Shown in pieces: positions 25,339-39,107 of a stretch of 64,000 nucleotides of DNA. The stretch covers positions 744,001-808,000 of the forward strand of contig CBFDEM010000021.1 of the NCBI GenBank assembly GCA_965603825.1. Reading direction: 5' to 3'. The position numbers were made by a program, and so were the translations under genes. The notes beneath the pieces were generated by a model. It did no database searches. It was not told the origin of the DNA and saw only the letters and a program-made list of their open reading frames with translations. Position 1 is the stretch's first letter. Each line of letters opens with the position of its first letter. Source of the DNA: Blepharisma stoltei ATCC 30299 (lineage: Eukaryota > Protista > Ciliophora).

Positions 25339-26919
25339 ATGTCCAGCAGGCAAAGATTTATCAAAGTAAAATATTTGGACGACTTTCTAAAATTTGAGAA
25401 CAAAGACAACAACTTCAATGATTTCAAGAGAAGGGTAAAGCTCGCTGCGCCAGAAATTGAAACTGAAATAATATTCCATTATCTTGATAGAGATGGCGAC
25501 AAAATTAGTGTGCGAAATCAAGAAACTTTTGAAATATTTCTCGAAGAATGCGAATCAATGAAATTAGACCTTTCTTGTTTGGAATCAAAAAACAAGCAAG
25601 AAATTAAGATTAAAAATGAATCTCCTAAAGAAAAAAGTGATACAGCTTCTGATGAGGCCACTAGCATAAAAGAAATCAAAAAAGAAATAAGCGCTCGTCC
25701 TCCATATCAAGGTTTCGCTAAGACTGAATCAAAGATTTCCTTAGCTAGCATCCTATCTGATTTTAATGTAAAGTATAGTAAAAAGCCATCAAAAAATTGA
25801 CCTATTGAAAAGATCATAAGAGCCCAAGAAAAAGAAACAAATTTACCTGTAAAAGGAATAAAATGGTCAACGTTTGACAGTACAGCAAGCCTTGACAAAG
25901 ATCCAGAAAAAGACGAAAATAAAAATAATGACACATTTGAGTTACCTTTAAAAAGAAGTATTGACACGCAAAGCACCCACGAGCAGATTCTCGATATAGA
26001 AAACTATGATCCAGCTCAAGATGAATACTTTCTGCCTATGAAAAAACAAAAAATTAATTATCAATCAATTGATGGCTTTCTTGATAGAAAAGAGGTTTTG
26101 CCTCTGGCCAAGAAAATTGAAATCAAAAACTCAGCTATAGATCCTCTATTTGACCTTATTAATGATTTTTTTGTATTCCCTGAACAATCAAACCCTATTC
26201 TTTATGGAGAGCCAACTCCCTTTTTTACGATAATTTCTCAAATAATCAAAACCTGTGCAAAAAAATTTGGTCTACGCAAGACATCAATTTTTTTTAACTT
26301 AGAAAGTGATTTTTGTTTCTTTTTATTTAGAGACCCTCAAGAATTTGATACTTCAAAAATAGATAGCTTTCATGAGTATTATAGCAGCGATGCCAAAGGA
26401 GAAAACTATCAATTTCCAAAAATTAACCCGAAAATCTGCTATGGGACTGCTCATGATATAAAGGCAAAAGTTATTTCTCGAGAGCAAGCTTTAAATTCTG
26501 TAAACACTTCAAGCGCTAATTTGGCGGCCTGAGTTGAAATTTTTGACGCACCATTGAATAGAGCACCATTGCATGATTCTTTTCCAAATCTTTTTAGGTT
26601 TAAAATAGTTTCGGATTACTTGGATGGAAAATTTTGCATAGAAGACTTAGAAGAGCTATTTAATGTCACTAAAAAGCATATTCAAAGGTGGGCTCATTTC
26701 TTTTCAGATGGAAAAAACGTGCCTAAGGAATTGCTTGAAAAAGAAGATAAAAGAACAAAGAAATTTGGTTATATACCAAAGCCAAAGAGAGAAAGAGTCC
26801 TCGACTTGAGGGAGTTGATGAATAGAGGACCGAAAATAACAAAAGAAAAGAAGAGTAAGGAAAGAATTACAGACCAGATTGTAGCTGCTTACAACTTGAT
26901 AAGTAGTCAAAAGCTTTAA
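25339..26919 (+). CDS. PB1-domain protein with C-terminal helix-turn-helix
   Basis: IKVKY..YLDRDGDKISV (PB1 with OPCA motif); frame continuous via TGA at 25798 and 26530; FRFKIVSDYLDG..IEDLEELFNVTKKHIQRW is HTH-like; 526 aa. Confidence 0.75.
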
Positions 26920-27581
26920 TGTTTGCATGTATAATTCACGACAATTATTTTATGTTTATTGGATACTTATAATAGTTTAACTAAATTTCTATTTAATAAC
27001 CATTATTTATTCCTAACTAAGCTATTAATAAATTGTTATAATGAGACAATAATAGAGACAGTCAATTAAAAATGCAATATAAAGCTCTAACTGAAACTCA
27101 TTTATATTGAATATACTTATATAAAATTTCAAAAAACAAATTTTAGACAAAGCAAATTAGAAGAGCAAGTTCTTTTTATGATTTCTTCACCTAGAAAAGA
27201 TAGAGTCAATATCTTGAGAATGAAATTTAAATAAAATCCGAACAGCAGTTGGGGAAGCTTAGCAGCAAGAATTTGAAGATATTGAGGATAAAGCAAGGCT
27301 GTACTGCCTCATGGCTGTTATTTAATTTATTATTATCCCTAATTTATAGAGAGTTCTAGATATTTTAAAAATTGAATTTTAAGTTCATTATTAAATCTGT
27401 TTCGGATACCATTTACATAAAAAATTCAAAATATGATCTATATTTTACTGATCAATGAAACCTTACAGCTACTGTTTCCAGTCTTCGCCTTTTCATACAG
27501 CTATTTAAAATAAAATTGATAAATTGCTGCTTTCTTTATGCCCACATCAAGCTTGACTTCATATAAAACCAAAGCAAAAAT

Positions 27582-28637
27582 ATGGACGGATCTGAATCAT
27601 TTGACGAAAGCAACGATTGGATAATAGATATTTATCAAGAACGAATTGATTTTGACTGGCTTAACTATAATCCTCATGCATTTTTCCCTCTAGACTATGA
27701 TTACTTTTTCAGAACAGGAAAAATAAAAAAAATAACTATAGAGCCTCAAGAACCTCCGGCAGCATGGAAACCCTGCTTCATTATTGGGTGTGGCCGGTCA
27801 GGCTCAACAGTACTTTGTAAGCTACTTTCAGCTCACCCTGACATTTGTTTCTTAAATGAACCACGTGAGCTTTGAATGCAAGCTTACCCAAATTTTGACG
27901 TCTGGTCTTCTAAATCAAGAGAGCGTGAAGGAAAACTTCGCATGTCTCAAAATGATGCAGACCAAATTGGCAGCCAAAAGCTTAACGAACTTTTCTACAC
28001 AATTACAAATATTCTTAACAGAAAGAAACTAATTGAAAAAACTCCTGAAAATACTTTCCGACTCAAGTGGCTTGATCAGCTTTTTCCAGGATGCAAATTT
28101 ATAATGGTTAAAAGAAACCCTATAGGAACTGCAAGAAGTATTGCAAGGTTTCAGCCAGAAATGTGATTTGGCCATGATTCTTATAAATGGGAACAATTGT
28201 CAACTCTTTTGGCACGTTATAAGGTGAGGGATAATTAGAAAAATTTAGCATTGAATGAAGAGTTCATGACGATGACAGAGAATTCTAACTTTGCAAAAGC
28301 TCTCATTGAATGGGCGTTGAGTATTCTGAGTGCTGAAGAATTTAAAATGTCATTGCCAAAAAACGAAATAAATGAAAGATTTATGGAAATTCATTTGGAG
28401 AGACTGATAAATAATCCTCAAGAATCGATGAAAGAAGTGCTAGAATTTCTAGACTTAGGAGATTGTGAGGAAGTTTATAATATTTCAACACAAATTGTTC
28501 AAAAACATCTTACTCACACATATTCAATGCCTTGCGCACATGTACATCAATACGGAACTGCAAATGAGGAACACATTTTAGCTCAAGCTGGAGCTTCCTT
28601 AAGGAATTTGATATTTGAACACTCTTTGCACAAATAA
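27582..28637 (+). CDS. PAPS-dependent sulfotransferase (Sulfotransfer_3-like)
   Basis: 5'-PSB loop FIIGCGRSGST..LSAHP..NEP; EKTPEN; 3'-PB motif KRNPIGTARS. TGA=Trp at 27873 and 28164; intron 28224-28238. Confidence 0.88.
28224..28238 (+). other. 15-nt intron
   Basis: gtgagggataattag; removes an in-frame TAG; A at -6. Confidence 0.88.
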
Positions 28638-29037
28638 AGCATGAATATTGGAATATATTTCAATGTAACATAAACAGTTTTTATATTTGAATTAAATTAA
28701 AGCTTCGAAACTTTTGCCCAAAATTTGAGGGAGATGCATTAATTTTAATAGAAAGCTTCGAACAGCAAAATTGCTTTTGAAATGCCATAATAAAGAATAA
28801 CCATTTTACTCAGTTTCGATGAAATCAATTATTCGATAAATTAAGGTGTAGAAAAAATAAGTTCAATTTTGGCTTCATACAAATCTATTTAAAATTATGA
28901 GCTCTTTATTGTAAAAGAATTATATTGATCTTAGCCACCATTCTTTATGCTCAAGTATAATATTTTTTAAAAGAAGGGTATAATTTGATTTATTTAAATT
29001 CATATTTTGCATCAATTAATTTTTCTACTATCTCAAG

Positions 29038-29776
29038 ATGCAAGCTCCGAAATATATTGAAACAGATCAAACTCTCAAATGGTCAAGAGATCACGCTTTA
29101 TTAATCCACCAAAAACGTCTCAACGAAATCAAAGCAGAATCAAGCAAAATAAGCTCCTTATCTGGCATATCAAAAAAATCAAGAATAAGACCTCAAAGGT
29201 TCCTTGAAGTTGAGCGATCTCTAGATATTAAAAAACATAATCAGTTACTTCTAGAACGACTAGTAGAAATCTCAATAGGCAGAAAAGTATCAATTTATAT
29301 AGAGAAAAGAGGATCCCATGTCAAACACCCAATCAACTAGAAGTCTGAATCGAATAGTTAGGAAAAAAGAAGCTGAAAAAATTTTGAATGAAAATGAATG
29401 GCTTGCCAGAAGACTTGCTGAGCAAAAACCAAGGATGATGTCTAAAAAGAAGCTTGATGAGGAATATAGCTTATTTAGGGAATACAAAACAAGATTATCC
29501 AAACTTCATTATTTAAAGACAAACAAAAAGCCAACTGAAAGAAGTGCAGGCAGCCTGCCTCAGATTGAGAGAGAAAAAGTGATAAGGACAACAAGAGAAG
29601 GGAAGTATAAAATGAGATCTCAGACCCCTGACATTTTAAAAAAGAAAAGCTATCTTAGTCAAAGAACTAGCTCCAATTCTCCTATACCCAAAAAGCTGTC
29701 TCCAACTAGATATAAGCCTAAAGATGATCAAGAAACCGGAGATGAAAAACCAATTGAATATTCCCTTGATTTGTAG
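29038..29776 (+). CDS. CFAP97/hemingway-like ciliary protein
   Basis: HQKRLNEIK..ERSLDIKKHNQLLLERLVEIS and SLNRIVRKKEAEKILNENEWLARRL. The 16-nt intron 29287-29302 joins the two ORF-track frames. Confidence 0.75.
29287..29302 (+). other. 16-nt intron
   Basis: gtatcaatttatatag; restores the reading frame; A at -6. Confidence 0.88.
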
Positions 29777-29824
29777 TCTGTTTCAAAATTTTTAAAATTA
29801 ATAGTCTCTAATTCTTCGATCATT

Positions 29825-30403
29825 CTAGGCCCTCATCGTTTTCAGCAAAAACGATCTTTCTTGTTTTTGTTTCCCTTTAGGAGGAGAAAACGACGTTTCT
29901 CTCAAGTTCCTGCTGCTAAGCTGCTTCTTCACCATTTTGCTCTGCGGAGAAAGCGGCTCAGAGGCTTTAGTTATATTTCTAGGCTTCTTGTTAAGCATTT
30001 CATCTTGGAAGTGTAACAATTTCATCAATAGTTCTTCATCATGGCTTACAAGTAGCTGATTATGATTGCAATGTTTCTTTCTTCCAAAAAGGATTTTTCC
30101 TGCATTAACAGGTTTATCTCTAGAGCTGTTTTTTGTTTCGCTAGAATGCCTAATCATATCGATAAAGCTTCCAGCGCTTTTGCCAGGAGAGTAGGATTCG
30201 CTCTTTTTTATGTCAGGGTCAGTTGATCTATCTCGCAGTTGAGTTTTTAATACTTCTCATTCTTCAATTACTTCATTTAATTTGCTCTTTTCTGGAGGGT
30301 TTGTATTTGTGTAAGTTCTCTGATTTCTTCTTTTTTCTTTTAAGTTTGAAATACATTTTGAGTCTCCTAGCTCTTGAGCTAACGAATTTATTCTAGCTCT
30401 CAT
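29825..30403 (-). CDS. Hypothetical basic low-complexity protein
   Basis: ATG 30403, one TGA=Trp, open to TAG at 29825; 192 aa; no recognised motif. Confidence 0.65.
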
Positions 30404-31519
30404 ATTTTTGGATTTTTATGTGAGTTGAAAATATTAATAATATAATTAGGACAGTCAAGAATGAGATAATTTAATATGAAAAAGTTTGATGATACGATAT
30501 GATCAAAGATATTAAGTACAGACACCTATCTGTAGCAGAATCTATGCGCTTTACAATTTTTATCTTCAAAAGCTACGAAAATTTTTCCAGCTTTTTATGG
30601 CTCTATACATAAATATTATTAATTTTGGCCAAATTTAGTTAGCATAAATACAGCTTAAGCAAATCATTGCACCATTATTAGCTATGCTTTACCGGAAATA
30701 ATAAAAGCCAAAGGATAATTTTCTTTGATTTATATCTCAATATCAAAAATGAAGATCTCTCTTTAGCGTGAGATTGTTTTAAAAAACTGGAAATATCAAT
30801 TCGAAAATTATTAGAAATAGCAAATATAATAGTAAATGCCATAATGGACATCTAATTAATTTTATAAGATAGGCATGAATGAGTTTTAAATTGTTTCATA
30901 TTTGCAGTATTACATTTATAAAATTTCAAAATTGCATTGTTCTGATTGATATGAAATTGGCTTAAATGCTTGCATTCGCATAGAAAATATTATTTTTCAA
31001 ACCCATATAAAAATGAGTTTTAGCATCGTTTTATTATCAAATTGTTTCCTATTGTAAAATTAATGATTTTAGTTAAGATTTTATCTTAATTTACCACATT
31101 TATAAGAATTCCAGCGAGTCTAAGATAAGATAAAGTCAAATTAAGTTAAAATCCATATGAAAGATTTAGACATAATGCTTAATAGAAGCTTGCTTATTTT
31201 AATCTCAAAACGATAAGATTTAGGTTTTTAGAATCAGCATATTTCAGTTTAAGCTATCAATCCTGCATGCAAAATTTAACTTAAGAACAAATTTAAATAG
31301 ACTTTGTAAATTATAAAAAAAAAATTATTTTTTAGAATTTTAATTTTCAAGTAGGCACATAATAGGCTAAAATTTGAATTATTATAATCTAATTATAGTA
31401 ATATAATAAACAATGATTTAAATTAAAGCAATTTTAATGTTTGAGATTTATTTATAAAAACTATTAAAATGATCAAACCTTTGCTTTATAAAAATCATGA
31501 CTACTCTGGTGTAGGTTGA

Positions 31520-34500
31520 ATGAAAACTCTGCTGTTTTTCTTTTTATTGGGGTTGTCTTATTCCATAGATATCCTTGCTATCGTAAACGATAAAAATAAA
31601 CTTGACAGAACTTCAAATGAAAAACAGTTTCTGGAGTCGATGAAAAATACTGAACCAACTTTTGAATGGCATTTGTGCAACTATTCAACTATTTTAGGGT
31701 GTATTGATATGCACCCGAATACTCTAATTGTTCTTGATTTATCAGATGATTTAGACATACAGTTAAGCATGTCTAAAATTTGTAGAGATCATATGAAAAT
31801 TCACTTAGCATTAAAAATTAAGTACCGGTCACATTATTATAATGAATGAACATACAGCATCATTCCATCATATGCAGATCAAATTAATGCATACCTTGCT
31901 ATTTTGGATTATTTTAATTGAACTCAGGGACTTGTAATTACCAATGAACACTATAGCCACAGCAAGCAACAATTTATAGAATATTCAAATAATTTCGAGC
32001 ATTTGATTGTTGAATCATCAACAAACATTGAAATTTTAATAAATCGAGTTGTCAAGCCTTTAGGCGCCACATTATACTATATTATTGCAAATTCTGTTGA
32101 GTCCTTAAAAATCCAAAACGCTTTGAATAAAGCAAAGCTCCTATCAAAAGGAGATGGAATAGTTTTAAATCAAGATAGTGGATATGGATGCCAAGTTGAC
32201 GGTGCGTTAATTCTTACCTTAATGGGCCAAGAATATGCTACTTCTGAAGAAGATTATTATTGAAATGAAACAGCAAAAATGATGTCCTTTTTAATAAAAA
32301 ATACAATAGGCACAGAAACTATAGAAGAACTAAAATTAATATTCAGGAATCGCGATCTAATCAATAGTTTCTCTATTGTAAATACTCAGAGTGGGAGAAG
32401 AGAAATCGTAGGATCAGTCATCAATGAAAAAGTAGCAATTTTCAAAAATTTAACATACCCTGGGAAATCAAAAACTATCCCAAAATCAGAGAAGAAAATC
32501 TTGCAGATGACTATATCTGGGGGGACTACAAATCCTGGCTCACCTCCATTGGCATCTGCAGCGCTTAGCTATATGGGCGCATATACAGCATGAAATTTTG
32601 TAAATGATGGCACTTTAGGGATTTTAAAAAATTTTCAAATAGAGCATTTTAATTTTGATTGTGGAGTATCAGCCTTTAATCAATCATTCGCAACAGCTTG
32701 CTTTAAAAAAGATATAGATAAATTTAAAATAGCTCATATTTCAGCAAGTGGGTCTTCAATGACAATAGGAGAAATGGCGATTTTCAAGAAGTTGAATTTA
32801 ACTTTCCCCATAGTTGGAGCAGTGCCTTCTGATTATACGCTGAATTCTACTGCTCTCTATCCTATGTTTACTAGAATAATAATTTCGAACCGATATCTAT
32901 ATTCATTAGCATCATTATTAATCAAAGCTTCAGGCTGAAGAAAAATTTGCGTTTTATACCAAAATAATACTCTAGGGATATCAGGCTATGCAGCATTTGT
33001 CGAAAGCGCAATAAACTATGGTTTAGAAATTGTGAATCCTGAAAACATGAGAGCAATTCCAGCTAACCTCAACAGAACTTCTATGAAAAATTATACTGAG
33101 ATTTTTCAAGCAATAGTTAATACTGAAGCAAGATTTATCGTCAATCTAATTCAAGTCCCTGCTTTATTTTACACTCTTGAAATATTTTATGATATGGGAA
33201 TCAGAAAAGGAGATTTTGTGACTTTTGTTGCGACCGCTGATAATATTCTTTTTTTAGAATATGATCATTTATATGATTACAAAATCAAAGAAACTGGTGT
33301 TCCAATGCTAACCATTTATGGGCAAAACTGAGTTGGTATGGTTGGAAAGCGTGCGTATTCTAAAATACAGTCTGAGTATAAAGTTTCACCAGCAGCTTAT
33401 GCTTGCTATTATTATGATGCAGCATATTCTATTAGTCTGGCTATTGATTATTTAATAAATCAGGGACTTGATTACGATAACCCATATCAAGCCAGCTCAG
33501 CAATAAGAGCACAAAAGTTTGTTGGGTGCACTGGACGAGTTTCTACAGATAAAAATAGCAATGATAGGATTTTAGATGTCTTTGATGTCAAGGTTAATGA
33601 GATAAATGCAACTTCTGGAAATGTTACATCTTATATTGTAGGGGAGTTTCATCCGTATAGCAGTCCAATGTTAAATATTCAACAGCCAATTATTTATGGA
33701 GATGGGACCACAGTCAAGCAAGATGATTTAAGAAATCAAAATAATAAGTGCCCTTTCCCTGATAAGTCTGTAAGAGTTTTTACTAAGGGAAGAATACTTG
33801 TATTTGGAATATGCTTCGGAGTTGCTTTAATATCTGTAATTATCACTTCATATATATGAAAAGCGTGATGGAATATACCTATTGAGCCACTGAAAGAAAG
33901 ACAGGAAATTTCTGTTCAAGATTTAATTGTTGAAGCAACTATTGGCATCGAATTCTTTCAGTTTTCATCAATGGGGCCAGATTTTTCACCAATTAATGGC
34001 TTTTTAGCAAATATCAGTAGTTCTCTGTCACTCAATTTAGAAAATATTTTGAAACTCGAAAATGGAGTGTTTTGATATATTATTGAAGTTGTTTATGGAT
34101 CTATAATACTATGGCTTATTTTATGTATAGTAATTCTATTTAGACTAGATGAAAAATTTCCTCATATATCTGCATTCAGGTTTTTAGCTTGACTTGCAGA
34201 TTTTTTAATGCCAATTTTAGGGAATTTGTGCTTTATACCATTTATCTCAATGTGCTTAAATGTGTTTGTATGCGACCAGTCGATAGGAGATAATTTTACC
34301 GACAGCTTTCTTGCTCAAGATTGCTATTATTTTTGTTGAAAAGGAGAGCATCTAGTATATGCAATTTTCTCTATAATTGCTCTTCTGCTCTATGAGCCTT
34401 TTGCAGTTTTTTGCAGACCTTTGTGGCAAGAACTCCAACACACCCTGCACATTCATGCAGCACCTATATTTTTGATGGTTAAAACAGTTGTACAAATAAT

Positions 34501-34948
34501 TTTTATAGTCATGAATAAAACTGTTAAAAGAGCTGAGACAACAGTTCACGGAATTTTATATATAGTTATAATGATTGCTTATATTACCTTTTTATTTATA
34601 TATAAGCCTTACAACTATCCAAGAGTTTGCTGGTGACAAGCTTTAAGCTTAATTGGAGTTGTTTGGCTTGCCATTCTTTCAACAATATCAGCAAATATTC
34701 AAGCCAACTATCTTTATTACTTTCTAAGTTTGTGCTTGGGATGGCTTTTATTGGCTTTTATTGGAATTTATGTGCAAATTAAAAAATACCCCAGCTTACT
34801 TTTTAGGAAAAAAGGCTTAGACACAACTAATTTATTCAAATTTGCATTTGGATTTGGAAGACACTCAAAAATGGCACTTACAAAAATAGCCCCAGCTAGA
34901 TCATCAGCTCGAGAGCCATCATCCAGAGAATTTTCATTTACTAAGTAA
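31520..34948 (+). CDS. Receptor A: signal peptide + two periplasmic-binding (Venus flytrap/ANF-receptor-like) domains + ~9 TM
   Basis: All ORF pieces lie in one frame with TGA=Trp (1142 aa). YFNWTQG in lobe set 1; LNSTALYPMFTRI, SGWRKICVLY, YYDAAYSISLAID and FVGCTGRV in lobe set 2; hydrophobic C-terminal region. Confidence 0.85.
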
Positions 34949-35103
34949 TAATATAGCTCTTTAAATAGCCGCTTTCATAATTTCTAATACTACATAAGCA
35001 AATTTCAATTTTTGCTCACTTTCATCATTCTTATATATTTTAATAATTTATTATATATTAAAAAAAGAATGCTTAATTTTATATTTTTTTTAAATTAAAG
35101 ACT

Positions 35104-38100
35104 ATGGCCAATAGGTATGTGTGAATGCAATTTATGATCTTTATGTTCAAATTTATTACTGTTTCTAGCTCTTTGGAAATTCTCTTAATTCACCCAGATG
35201 ATTCAGATAATGATTTTATCATAGCAAATAATATTTCAATATTCGAACTCTCAAAAAAAACATTTTCTTCAGCTGATTTGCATGAGTGCTGATTTTCAAA
35301 TATTAGAACTTGCGTTGAAGAATACCCAAATGCTGGAATTTTCCTAGATTTATCAATTGAATCCACAACTCAGTATCTACTCGCTCAAATTTGCCAAAAT
35401 CTTGATGCTATTCATTTAGTTATTCAAGCTACCTTGAAATATTGAGATAGGTGAACCTACTCAATTACAACTTCATTAAAAGATCAAATGGCAGCCTTTT
35501 TTGCTTTATCGAGCTATCATAACTGATCTCAAGGGTCAGTATTTTTCAATGAAGAGAATTATCAAATAAAAGAAAAGTTTTTGGAATTTTCTACTGATTT
35601 TAAAATCTCAATGATTGAAAGTCTGACAAGTGTAAATGATTTAGTCAGAAGAGAAATATCTAAATTAGGCGTAAATTTATACTATGTGTTTGTTCATCCC
35701 TCGGATGCAATAATATTGCAGGATTCTTTAATAAATCATAAGCTTTTAGTAAGCGGAAATGGTATTATTTATACCCAAGCAAGCAGCTATGGCTGCAATT
35801 ATGATGGGGCTTTAATAGTTACCGAAGCTGATTATGAATATTATTCAACCCTTCTTGAATATATAGAAGATTTAATTATAAATACTATCGGTTTTATTAC
35901 AAAAAATACTCCAACTGGCAGCATCCAAGAAGTAAAATTATTCCTGGAATCGCTCATGCCTTCTCATTATAGCAAGCGAAATTTTTCACTAGTTAATATT
36001 CAGAACGGAAAAAGAGCCAAGGTCGGTTCAATCACTAATAATCAGATAACTATATTTAGCAAGATTATATTTCCAGGCAACACAACTCTTATACCAAAAT
36101 CAGCTAAAAAAATGCTTAACTTTAGCATAAGCGCTGGAACCACAAATCCTGGAAGCCAATCAAGTATGACGCAAAAACTAGGCTCAATGGGAGCTTATGC
36201 CTTAGTACAAAAAATAAATGAAGGAAATGACCTTCTGCCAAACTTTAATATGAATTTGTTTAGTTTTGATTGCGGAGTCACTTTATATAATGCAAATTTC
36301 GCAAAAACTTGCTTCAGGCAAGATTTCGACAAAATCGGTTTAGCTCATCTTACCTCCTATGGATCTTTAATGGCAATTGGGACGATGAAAACATTTTTTT
36401 TTTTAAATATAACAGTCCCATCCATAGGAAGCACTAATGGCGATCCATCTTTGTCGTCGGTTAAAAATTATCCAATGTATGTTAGAGTGGTCTCATCTGT
36501 AACTTATAATGAAGGTATTGTTTTAATAAAAGCCCTTGGATGAAAAAAGGCAGCTATTTTATACGAGAATAGCAGTTGGGGGATATCGATATATACGATT
36601 TCTATTAAAACTGCCAAAAGTGTTGACTTGGAATTCATAAACCCTGAAAATCTGAGGGCGGTACCGCCAATTTTGGATAGAAATTCTATAAGAAATTATA
36701 AATATTTATTCCAAAGCGTAATTGATTCCCATGCAATGCTATTTATAATGGTGTTTCAATGCCCCATGTGCAATTATGCATTAGAACTGTTTTATGATTT
36801 AGGTTTAAGGAAAGGTGATATAGTTGTGTACTCTCACAATCCAGACCCCTTAGACTTTATTTCAACAGCTGACAGCTATCTATACAAAAGAAAAGAAATT
36901 GGTTGCTCAATGACTCGACTTGTTATGCCAGTATGGCTTGGAGAGGTGGGCCAAGATGCCTTAAAGAGGATTTGATCAACTTACAATACCCGCCCAACTA
37001 CATTAAGTTGTTACTATTTTGACTCTGCTTATCTTCTTGCCCATGCTTTGGATTATATGATAAATAGGGGACAAGATTATACAGATCCTATTAATGCTAT
37101 GCAAGCAATTAGAAATCAAAGATTTTTGAGCTGCTCAGGATATGTTCTAATTGAGCAAAACCCAAATGATAGGCTTTTTGACGCATATCAGTTTGATCAG
37201 GTTACTCTTAATCAAACAACAGGAAATTTATCTATAAATATTGCTGGGTACCTTAAACCTTTCAGCACACAACTCATATATATTTTAAATCCTCTAATTT
37301 ACCCAGATGGCACAATGAAAAAGCCTTCTGATTTGAGGAATGTTAATGACGACTGTCCTTTCCCAAAAAATAAAATAAAGACATTTGCAAAAGGAAGAGG
37401 GCTACTTTTTGGAATATGCTTTACTTCTGCATTTATTGCTGGTATCGTAACGATTGTTATTAAGAAAAAATTGTGAAATTTTGCTATAATCGAGCTTCTA
37501 GAACCTGAAGCTTCTTTTCAAGATTTTATTGTTGCTGCCACCATTTTTATTGAATCATTCCAATTTGCCTCTATGGGTCCTGACTTTTCTGTACTAAGCA
37601 CTTTACTATATTCTCTAACTCAATTGACGACTATAGATTTGGAAAATTTCATCAAGTTTGAAAAAGGGATGTTTTGAATTATTGTTAATATTGTTTTCTG
37701 CGGAATTTGGTTATGAGTACTCCTTTGCATTGTTATCTTACTAAGACTTCATGAAAAATATGACAATTTATGGGTATTCAGGAATTTAGGCCTATTAGGA
37801 GAAAATTTGATGCCAATTTTGGGAAATTTATGCTTTATACCTTTTATATCTATTTGTCTTGATATATTTCAATGCGACCAATCAATTGGGGACAATTTTA
37901 CGGAAAGTTTTCTTTCTAAAGACTGCTATTGCTTCTGTTGAAAAGAAGAGCACCTAACATATGCAATAATATCATTTATTTGTTTGCTCGCTTATCAGCC
38001 ATTAGCAGTTTTATTTAGGCCTCTTTGACAAGAATTACAATTAATGCTTCATGTAAAAGCCCTACCTCTATATCTTATGGTAAAATCAATTGCTCAAATA

Positions 38101-38496
38101 GCCTTAATTGTACTTAATAAAACAATTAAGCGAACCAATGCATTAAGCCATGGAATTACGTTTATTTTTATTATGAGTTTGTATGTATGATATATTCTTG
38201 TTTTTAAAGCGTTCAATTATGGGCGATTCAATCTTTGGCAAGCTCTCAGTTTAATTGCAGTAATTTGACTTGCTTTTTTGTCTACATTTATATTGGTTGC
38301 CCATGGAAACACTATCGTATATTTCTTGTTATTAATAATTGGGTGAATTTTTATTGGGGTTTTTGGAATCTTTGTTCAAAAGAAAAAATACCCAAGCTTA
38401 CTTTTTAAGAAGAAAGTAAGAAATGAATATGCTTTATTTCGATTTGCTTTTAATTTCAGGAGCAGCATTTATTCAATAGATGAACTTTACGAGTAA
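35104..38496 (+). CDS. Receptor B, paralog of A
   Basis: Single frame of about 1130 aa (start could be 35125); LSSVKNYPMYVRV, LGWKKAAILY, YFDSAY, CPFP, MPILGNLCFIPFIS; ends TAA. Confidence 0.85.
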
Positions 38497-39107
38497 TAAA
38501 CAAAGTCAATTCATTAAATAGTTTTAATTTTAAATTTTATAGCCAAGAAAAGTAAAAAGAATTTGAATTTTAAGCATTTATTCTTTTCGAAATCTTTTAT
38601 TTTAAAGTATCAAAAATAGCTATCTTATAAAACTTCCAACATTTCTGATAAAAAATTAATTTTTGCTATTGTTTAAAATAATTCACAACTGATACATAAA
38701 TAAAAAAAATGAAGAATTGCTTATTTGTGCGAAATTATAAACTAATTTTGAGGAAATATCGACTGCTTAAAATTTATCGATTATATTTTAAAATCTTTAC
38801 AAGTGTCAGCACGCTATAAGCTACTTCAAACATCTAAGGATTAAAAATATTTCCAACAAAATAGATTTTTGGTTGTAATTGATTTATTATAATTTTTACT
38901 TAATAGACTAATAACATTAATAAATTTTTTATTTAACAGAATTCTCACCAAGACATAAGTTTATTAATTCTCTAGTCATTTGTAGGTAAATAATAGCAAT
39001 TATAATAATAATGCTAAAAGTTAGGCCAGATAAATAATAAAATTTTAACTTAATGCTTGGCCACATTATCCCTTTACTAGACTTGACTGATAATAAAAGT
39101 ATAAATA

